From assembly GCA_965219995.1 (NCBI GenBank), contig CBDCOX010000002.1:5344001-5408000 (forward strand): DNA of 64,000 nucleotides, written 5' to 3'. Shown in pieces: positions 57,135-64,000 of the stretch. The notes beneath the pieces are model-generated. The model ran no database searches and was not told the origin of the DNA. It worked only from the letters and a program-made list of their open reading frames with translations. This DNA is from Candidatus Latescibacterota bacterium. Its GTDB lineage: Bacteria > Latescibacterota > UBA2968 > GCA-2709665. Made by a program: the position numbers and the translations under genes. The first letter of the stretch is position 1. Every line of letters starts with the position of its first letter.

Positions 57135-59552
57135 ATGCAGAACCACACTTCCACCCTTGCGGTAGCCTTGCTGCTCGCCTTGCCCGGCGCCGAGGCGCTG
57201 GGACAGGAGGAGGCCGACAGCGCGGCGCCCATCGAGGAGGTCGTGGTCATCGGCTCCCGGTTCGCGACGGCGCGGTCCACCTCGGACGCCGTCGCCCCCG
57301 TGGACGTGCTCTCCTCCGAAGACATCGGCCGCGTCGGCAACCACGCGGACCTGACGGACAGCCTGCGCGCCCTGGCGCCGTCCTACAACGCCCCGACGGC
57401 GTCGGGAGACGGCGACACGTTCGTACGCTCGACGTCGTTGCGGGGGCTCGCCCCCGACCAGACCCTGGTGATGATCAACGGCAAGCGGCGCCACCGCGCG
57501 GCCCGGATCGCCGAGTTCGTTCCCGCCGCCGGCAAGGGGGCCCACGGGCCCAACATCGGCCTGATCCCGGCGATCGCCGTGGAGCGGGTGGAGATCCTGC
57601 GGGACGGCGCGGTCGCCCAGTACGGCGCCGACGCCATCGCGGGCGTCATCAACCTGCGCATGAAGGACGCCGCCGAGGGCGGCGAGGTGCGCGTCGACTA
57701 CGGCCAGTTCTTCGAGGGCGAGGACAGCGTGCGGGTGGCCGCGAACGCCGGATTGCCCCTCGGTTACGACGGGTTCGCGAACCTGAGCCTCGAGTACGTC
57801 GACAACGAAGGACTGTCCCGGGGACGGCAGCGGCCCAACGCCCAGGCGCTCATCGACGCCGGCGTGCGGGGGGTCGGGGCGGACGCGCCGTTCGACGACG
57901 CGCCGTTCGTCCAGACGTGGGGGCGCCCGGCGACCGAGGACTACCGTTTCTTCCTGAACGCGGGCGCGCCCCTGTCCGACACGGCGGACGCGTACTTCCA
58001 CGCCAACTACGCCTCCACCGAGGGCCGGTATCGCTTCTTCTACCGGTCCGGCGACAACCCGGCGACGGAAGCCAACGAGGCGCACGGCACCATCCGGGCC
58101 CTGGGCATCGAGGACCGGCTGCCGCAGGGGTTCACCCCGTTCTTCGACGGCGACCACCGGGACTACAGCATCGTCACCGGAATCCGCGGCGACGCGGGCG
58201 GGCTCGGCTACGACTTCAGCGTCGGCCACGGCGAGGACACCCTCGACTTCTTCCTGAACAACACCGTCAACCCGGATGTCGGCCTGGGCCCCGACGGCCT
58301 GCCCGCGCAGATGGACTTCGACGTCGGCGCCCTGCGGCAGGAGGAACTGAACCTCAACGCGGACTTCACGCGACGCCTCACCGACGCCCTGCAGTTCGCC
58401 TTCGGGGCGGAGTGGCGCAGGGAGACGTTCTCCGTGATCGCCGGGGAGTCCAACTCGCACCTCGGCGCCGGCTCCAGCGGCTTCAAGGGCCTCGAACCGA
58501 TCAACGCCGGCACGTTCTCGCGCCACAACAGCGCGCTGTACGGCGAGTTCGAGCAGGAAGTCGGAACGCGCGCCCTCCTGCAGTACGCGCTTCGCTACGA
58601 GGATTTCTCGGACTTCGGCGACACCTGGAACGGCAAGCTCGCGGGCCGCGTGGACCTCTCCGACTGGTTCACGGTGCGCGCGTCGGTCAACACGGGCTTC
58701 CACGCCCCGACCCCGGGACAGTCCAACCTGCAGAAGATCACCACCACGTTCGACAACGACACCGGCCTGCAGGTCGAGTCCGGCACGGTGCCGCCGGACC
58801 ATCCCTCCGCCCTCGCCGCCGGCGGAGCGCCTCTCGAGGAGGAGCAGTCGGTCGACTACAGCATCGGCTTCTGGGTCGCCGCCGGACCGCTGGAAATCAC
58901 CGCGGACCTGTACGCCATCGACATCGACGGGCGCATCTACAAGACCCAGAACCTCCCCTTCCTCGACGCCGCGGGCGTCGCCCGGAACGTCCAGTTCTTC
59001 ACCAACGCGCTGAATCTCGACGTGACGGGCGTCGACGTCGTGGCGACGATGCACTTCGACTGGGGGGACTCGGGAGTGCGCACGGACCTGAGCTTCGCCT
59101 ACAACCACAACGAGGTGGAGGTGGCCAGCCAGTCACGCGTGAACGGCATCCTCCCGGTCAGCGCCGCCGACGTGGAGGACATCGAGCGGAGCTATCCGGA
59201 AGACCGGTTCAGCGTTACCGCGAGCACGCTGCTGACCCCGCGCCTCGACCTCATGGTGCGCGCCAACTACTACGGCGAGCACTACGACGAGCGGGGGCGG
59301 ATCCGGGGAGTCGACGGCAACGCGCCGACCAAGCTGCTCGGCTCGACCGTCTTCGTCGACCTCGAACTCCGCTACGACGTCAACGACCACACGCGACTGG
59401 CGCTCGGCGGCACGAACGCGTTCGACGAGTATCCCGACGTGATCGGGGCGCCGTACGCGAACCGGCTGAACGTCGGCCTGCCCTACGCGCGGCGTACCGC
59501 GGCCAACTTCGAGGGCGGCTCCTGGTACCTGCGGGCGTCCTACCACTGGTGA
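57135..59552 (+). CDS. TonB-dependent receptor
   Basis: IEEVVVIGSR, LRGLAPDQTLVMINGKRRH, VEILRDGAVAQYGADAIAGVIN, C-terminal YLRASYHW. Confidence 0.95.
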   Translation: MQNHTSTLAVALLLALPGAEALGQEEADSAAPIEEVVVIGSRFATARSTSDAVAPVDVLSSEDIGRVGNHADLTDSLRALAPSYNAPTASGDGDTFVRSTSLRGLAPDQTLVMINGKRRHRAARIAEFVPAAGKGAHGPNIGLIPAIAVERVEILRDGAVAQYGADAIAGVINLRMKDAAEGGEVRVDYGQFFEGEDSVRVAANAGLPLGYDGFANLSLEYVDNEGLSRGRQRPNAQALIDAGVRGVGADAPFDDAPFVQTWGRPATEDYRFFLNAGAPLSDTADAYFHANYASTEGRYRFFYRSGDNPATEANEAHGTIRALGIEDRLPQGFTPFFDGDHRDYSIVTGIRGDAGGLGYDFSVGHGEDTLDFFLNNTVNPDVGLGPDGLPAQMDFDVGALRQEELNLNADFTRRLTDALQFAFGAEWRRETFSVIAGESNSHLGAGSSGFKGLEPINAGTFSRHNSALYGEFEQEVGTRALLQYALRYEDFSDFGDTWNGKLAGRVDLSDWFTVRASVNTGFHAPTPGQSNLQKITTTFDNDTGLQVESGTVPPDHPSALAAGGAPLEEEQSVDYSIGFWVAAGPLEITADLYAIDIDGRIYKTQNLPFLDAAGVARNVQFFTNALNLDVTGVDVVATMHFDWGDSGVRTDLSFAYNHNEVEVASQSRVNGILPVSAADVEDIERSYPEDRFSVTASTLLTPRLDLMVRANYYGEHYDERGRIRGVDGNAPTKLLGSTVFVDLELRYDVNDHTRLALGGTNAFDEYPDVIGAPYANRLNVGLPYARRTAANFEGGSWYLRASYHW

Positions 59553-59713
59553 CGGCCGGGCCGGCCGACAAGCGCCACCGCCCGCGGGCGGCGGGGAAGT
59601 CGGTCGGAAAGGAGTCGGGACGCGGCGCGTGGCGCCGCGACGGTTCCCTTACCTGGAATGCCTGAAAGGCCTGGAAGACTCCAAGGCGGTGTGCCCGGAG
59701 CCTGGCAGGCGGC

Positions 59714-59974
59714 CTAGCGCCGCATGCGGTCGCCGCGTGGCCGCGCCTGGTTGACCGTGATCATGCGTCCCTGGAGCTGCGTCGAGTTCAACTCCTTGAT
59801 CGCGCGGTCCGCTTCCCCGTTGTTCGGCATCTCGACGAAACCGAACCCCTTTGAACGCCCGGTCTCCCGGTCCATGATGACCGTGGCGTCCTGCACATGG
59901 CCGTATTCGCCAAACAGCTCCGACAGATCCTCGGAGGTGACGCCGTATGGCATGTTGCCGATGTAGATTCTCAA
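59714..59974 (-). CDS. RRM-domain RNA-binding protein
   Basis: RNP2 IYIGNM, RNP1 KGFGFVEM, VNQARPR; TTG start. Confidence 0.95.
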   Translation of the reverse strand: MRIYIGNMPYGVTSEDLSELFGEYGHVQDATVIMDRETGRSKGFGFVEMPNNGEADRAIKELNSTQLQGRMITVNQARPRGDRMRR

Positions 59975-60267
59975 GTGCTTCGTCTCCCGTCCCAGTCCAA
60001 CTCCGTCACCTCACCGAGGCCTCCGGGCATTGATCCATCGTACGCACGCACCCCAAGGCCTGCGAGGACGCAGGCATTCGTTCCAGGGCAAGGATGCATC
60101 TATGGATCAGGAGCCCGAGGAGGCCAACGGCGGCTGGAGTCAATCCGTTGCATACTAGCAGCGATGGTGTCGGGCGGCCAGCAATAGTTCATGACCATTT
60201 CCTGGCGGTCCGGCGCGCCCGGCGCCTGCACACGCGCCAGTGACCCGCCATCCGCCGCCACCCCTTC

Positions 60268-61578
60268 ATGAACGAGCCCGCTCCGGACGCCACTCCGCGG
60301 CGCGAATTCTCTCCGCGTTACCGCGCCTACGTCCTCTTCGTGCTGATGGGCGTGAACCTCTTCAACTTCGGGGACCGGGCGATCCTCGGCGTCCTCATCC
60401 AGCCCATCAAGGAGGAACTCGGGGCCAGCGACACCGAGATGGGCATCCTCACCGGCCTTGCGTTCGCCATCTTCTACGCGATCTGCGGATTCCCGATCGC
60501 GCGCCTGGCGGACCGGGGCCTGCGGGTGCGCGTCATCGCCTGGGCGATGGCGATCTGGAGCCTCATGACCGCGGTGTCGGGCCTGGCGGGGGCCTACTGG
60601 CACCTGCTCCTCGCCCGCATCGGCGTCGGCATCGGGGAAGCGGGGGGCAGCCCCCCGTCCCAGGCGCTGCTGGCCGACTACTTCCCCATCGAACAGCGTG
60701 CGCGGGCCATCGCCGTGTTCGTCGCCGGCGCGCACATCGGCATCTTCCTCGGCACGCTGCTCGCGGGCTACATCGGCCACGAGTACGGGTGGCGCACCGC
60801 CTTCATCGTGCTCGGGCTGCCGGGGGTGGCCTTCGCCCTGCTGGTGCGGTACACCGTCGTGGAAGCCCCGCCGCGCGGGCGCGTGGAGAGCGCGGCGTCC
60901 CCCCTGCGCAGCGGGTCCCTGTGGCAGGCCACCCGGCACTTGTTCGAAGGATGCGCGTTCCGCCACCTCATGATCGCGGTGGGCATCCTGTGGTTCAGCA
61001 ACGTGGGGGCGGGCCAGTGGCACGCTCCGTTCCTGCAGCGGTCCCACGACCTCTCCCTGAAGGAGGTCGGCTTGCTGCTGAGCCTCCTCAGCATCCCGAA
61101 CCTGATCGCCGTCATGGTCGGCGGCGTCATCGCCGACCGGCTGTCGAGGCGCAACGCCGCGTGGCAGGTGTACGTGCCCCTGCTCGGCACGCTGATCTCC
61201 ATTCCCTTCCTGTTGGGCTTCTACCTGGCGCCGACCTGGCAACTCGCCTTCGCCTCGGCGGTGCTCGCGATGCTCGCCGCGGGCGTCTTCGCGGGCGTGC
61301 TGTTGGCGGCGGTCCAGGGCCTCGTCGGACCCCACGCGCGGGCACTCGCCGGCGCGATCCTGATGTTCTCCTCCAACCTGATCGGCGTGGGGCTCGGGCC
61401 GTTCGCCGTCGGCGCGCTGTCGGACCTCTTGGCCCCAGCGTTCGGGGACGAGTCCCTCCGCTGGGCGCTGGTGCTAATGAAAGCGCTGCCGCTGCTGGCC
61501 GTCTGGCACATGTGGCTGGCGGCGCGCGTGTTTACCGAGGAGCTGCGGGAGGCGCCCCCCACCGCGGCGCAACCGTGA
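60268..61578 (+). CDS. MFS transporter, spinster family
   Basis: FNFGDRAILGVLIQPIKEELGASDTEMG, PIARLADRG, RIGVGIGEAG. Confidence 0.92.
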   Translation: MNEPAPDATPRREFSPRYRAYVLFVLMGVNLFNFGDRAILGVLIQPIKEELGASDTEMGILTGLAFAIFYAICGFPIARLADRGLRVRVIAWAMAIWSLMTAVSGLAGAYWHLLLARIGVGIGEAGGSPPSQALLADYFPIEQRARAIAVFVAGAHIGIFLGTLLAGYIGHEYGWRTAFIVLGLPGVAFALLVRYTVVEAPPRGRVESAASPLRSGSLWQATRHLFEGCAFRHLMIAVGILWFSNVGAGQWHAPFLQRSHDLSLKEVGLLLSLLSIPNLIAVMVGGVIADRLSRRNAAWQVYVPLLGTLISIPFLLGFYLAPTWQLAFASAVLAMLAAGVFAGVLLAAVQGLVGPHARALAGAILMFSSNLIGVGLGPFAVGALSDLLAPAFGDESLRWALVLMKALPLLAVWHMWLAARVFTEELREAPPTAAQP

Positions 61579-62366
61579 TCCCGCGCGCGGGCATCCTGGC
61601 CGTGTCGCTGTCGCTAGTGGCGGCGCCGGCGGCCGCCGCGGAAGCCCTGATCGCCGTGGCCGCCAACTTCGCCGGCGCGATGGCCGAGCTCCAAGCCGCT
61701 TTCGAGCGCGCCGGTCCGCACCGCGTGCGGGTGTCCACCGGAGCGACCGGCACGCTCTACGCCCAGGCGACCCACGGCGCCCCCTACGACATCCTGATGG
61801 CGGCCGACCGCGCCCGCCCGGAACGACTCGAGGCGGTCGGCATCGCCGTCCCCGGTTCGCGACGCACGTACGCCGTCGGGCGTCTCGTGCTCTGGAGCGC
61901 CGAGCCGGACCGCATCGCAGGGGACGGAGTCGATACCCTTCGCGCGGGAGACTTCCTCAGACTCGCCATCGCCAACCCCGAACTCGCCCCGTACGGCGCC
62001 GCGGCGCGGGAAGCGCTGCGCGCGCTGGGACTCTTCGATGCGCTCCGGGACCACATCGTCATGGGCGAGAACATCGGCCAGGCGCATGCCCTCGTCGCCA
62101 CCGGGAACGCCGAACTCGGCTTCGTGGCGCTCTCCCAGCTCACCAGGGCCGAAGCCGCGATGACCGGCAGCCAGTGGCCGGTCCCCGAGACGCTGCATGC
62201 GCCCATACGACAGGACCTGGTGCTGCTGCGGCGCGGCGCCGGCAACGCCGCCGCGCGCGCGTTCCTCGAGTTCCTGGACACGCCGGCCGCACGCCGCATC
62301 CTGGTTGCCGCCGGCTACCGGGCGCCTCCGGCTCCGGCGCCGCCGCACGGCGTGGAGGCGGGCTGA
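61575..62366 (+). CDS. modA: Molybdate ABC transporter substrate-binding protein
   Basis: AVAANF, GATGTLYAQ..GAPYD, YAVGRLVLWS, AIANPELAPYG.AA, GENIGQA, GFVALSQ. Confidence 0.95.
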   Translation: MIPRAGILAVSLSLVAAPAAAAEALIAVAANFAGAMAELQAAFERAGPHRVRVSTGATGTLYAQATHGAPYDILMAADRARPERLEAVGIAVPGSRRTYAVGRLVLWSAEPDRIAGDGVDTLRAGDFLRLAIANPELAPYGAAAREALRALGLFDALRDHIVMGENIGQAHALVATGNAELGFVALSQLTRAEAAMTGSQWPVPETLHAPIRQDLVLLRRGAGNAAARAFLEFLDTPAARRILVAAGYRAPPAPAPPHGVEAG

Positions 62367-63034
62367 TGGACGCGGGCGCCGTGGGGCTGACCCTGCACCT
62401 GGCAGCCGTCACCACCCTGGTCCTGCTGTTCCTCGGAACCCCGCTGGCGTGGTGGCTCGCGACGACGCGCAGCGTGCTTCGGCCGGCCGTGGAAGCCCTG
62501 ACCGCCCTGCCGCTGGTCCTGCCGCCCACGGTGCTCGGGTTCTACCTCCTGATCCTGCTCAATCCCACGGCGCCGATCGGCGCCTTCTGGGTCGAAGCGA
62601 CCGGTACCACGCTGACGTTCTCGTTCGCGGGGCTCGTGGTGGGTTCGGTGATCTACTCGCTGCCGTTCATGGTGCAGCCGCTCCACGGGGCGTTCGCCGC
62701 GGTCGGGCGTGGCCCCCTCGAGGCCGCCGCGAGTCTCCGCGCGCGCCCCCTGGACGCCTTCTTCACCGTGGCCGTCCCGCTCTCCGTGCGCGGCTTCGTC
62801 ACCGCCTGCGTGCTGACGTTCGCGCACACGGTGGGCGAGTTCGGCGTCGTGCTGATGATCGGCGGCAACATCCCCGGAGAGACCCGCGTGGTCTCGATCG
62901 CCATCTACGAACACGTGGAGACCCTGCGCTACGCCGACGCCCACGTACTCTCCGCGGCGCTGCTCGGCTTCTCCTTCCTCGTCCTGCTCGCCGTCTACGG
63001 CATGAACCGGCGGTTCCCCGTCCGTGCCTTCTGA
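62366..63034 (+). CDS. modB: Molybdate ABC transporter permease
   Basis: LPLVLPPTVLGFYLL, YSLPF.VQP, FAHTVGEFGVVLMIGGNIPGET. Confidence 0.96.
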   Translation: MDAGAVGLTLHLAAVTTLVLLFLGTPLAWWLATTRSVLRPAVEALTALPLVLPPTVLGFYLLILLNPTAPIGAFWVEATGTTLTFSFAGLVVGSVIYSLPFMVQPLHGAFAAVGRGPLEAAASLRARPLDAFFTVAVPLSVRGFVTACVLTFAHTVGEFGVVLMIGGNIPGETRVVSIAIYEHVETLRYADAHVLSAALLGFSFLVLLAVYGMNRRFPVRAF

Positions 63035-64000
63035 CCTCGACATCGACCTGTCAGTCGCCCTCGGCGACTTCCGGCTCGACGTGGCCGAGCGTCTCCCGTT
63101 CGCCGGCATCACCGGCGTGTTCGGGCCGAGCGCGAGCGGCAAGAGCACGCTGCTGCGCGCGCTCGCGGGGTTCGAGCCCGCCCGCGGCCGCATCGTCGTG
63201 GCCGGGGAGACCTGGCTCGACACCGCGCGCGGGATCGCGGTCCCGCCCCATCGCCGCCGGGTCGGCTTCCTGTTCCAGGACGCGCGCCTGTTCGCCCACC
63301 TCGACGTGGCCGGCAACCTCGCCTACGCGGCGCGGCGCGGCGGCGACGCCGACCCGGCCATCTCCGTAGACGACGTGGTCGGGGCCTTCGACCTCGAACC
63401 CCTGCTCCCGCGGCGCGTCGAAGCCCTCTCGGGTGGGGAACGCCAGCGCGTCGCCCTGGCGCGCACGCTGCTGACGCGGCCGGCGCTGCTGCTCCTCGAC
63501 GAACCCCTGGCGGCGCTCGATCTCTTCCGCAAGTCCGAGATCCTGCCGTACCTCGAGTCCCTGTCATCGCGGTTCCACGTCCCGACGCTCTATGTCAGCC
63601 ACGCCATCGACGAGGTCGCGCGGCTCGCCGACCGCACGCTCGTGCTCACGGAGGGCCGCGTGCGGGCATTCGGACCGACTCCGGCGGTGCTGGAGCGGCT
63701 CGACGTCCAGTCCATCGCCGGACCGCTGGAGGCGAGCGTGGTAATCGAGGCGCGCGTCACGGGGCACGACACGGCCTATCGGCTGACCCTACTCGACGTC
63801 GGGGGGGAGACCCTGTCGCTGCCGGAGGCTTCGCACCTCGATACGGGCGCCACCGCCCGCCTGCGGGTCCGCGCACGGGACGTGGCGGTCGCCACGGCAC
63901 GGCCGGGCGCCCTCAGCATCCGCAACGTTCTCGAAGGCACCGTCGTGGAACTCGTCGCCCATCCCGATTCGCCGTTCGCCGAGGTGCTCGTCGACGTGGC
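63024..64000 (+). CDS. modC: Molybdate ABC transporter ATP-binding protein (runs off window end)
   Basis: Manual translation from GTG 63024: GPSASGKST, FQDARLFAHL, LSGGERQR, LLLDEP, YVSH, SIRN; follows modB. Confidence 0.93.
   Translation, partial: MPSDLDIDLSVALGDFRLDVAERLPFAGITGVFGPSASGKSTLLRALAGFEPARGRIVVAGETWLDTARGIAVPPHRRRVGFLFQDARLFAHLDVAGNLAYAARRGGDADPAISVDDVVGAFDLEPLLPRRVEALSGGERQRVALARTLLTRPALLLLDEPLAALDLFRKSEILPYLESLSSRFHVPTLYVSHAIDEVARLADRTLVLTEGRVRAFGPTPAVLERLDVQSIAGPLEASVVIEARVTGHDTAYRLTLLDVGGETLSLPEASHLDTGATARLRVRARDVAVATARPGALSIRNVLEGTVVELVAHPDSPFAEVLVDV

Noticed and set aside
59560-59713. Possible ncRNA between TBDR and RRM gene
   Set aside because: Only short hairpins; no known riboswitch or sRNA consensus recognised

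Overview
GC-rich bacterial chromosomal segment. It is probably from a (gamma)proteobacterium, since it carries an E. coli-type LexA box. The gene content resembles sponge/invertebrate-associated symbionts (inference): TonB-dependent receptors, many exported hydrolases, an ankyrin-repeat gene, DUF4143 ATPases and an Rpn protein. The backbone is an amide/peptide-scavenging repertoire: three CocE/NonD hydrolases, four amidohydrolases, three S9 peptidases (one fused to a cyclophilin), a GGT-family enzyme, a serine hydrolase, DUF885, an M19 dipeptidase and spinster-type MFS transporters. It also has acyl-CoA dehydrogenase, carboxyltransferase, LLM oxidoreductase, tRNA-Val(CAC) and modABC. Interspersed are three TA modules, an intact IS1634 splitting a NucS-like nuclease, an MTase with a deleted partner gene next to a LexA box, and a lower-GC islet (HEPN/AbiU2-like, ankyrin). 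Gene erosion is frequent: mini-genes from internal deletions, 4-7 bp duplications and frameshifts. The most unusual signals are (i) a 96-bp element in three copies, one inserted in-frame in a TBDR remnant and one apparently gene-converted; (ii) operator-like repeat arrays in front of all three stand-alone ATPase genes, with a CGTCCAATT core shared by the two DUF4143 genes; (iii) an Rpn gene with a strong internal SD/ATG. All family calls are from motif recognition by eye, not database searches.
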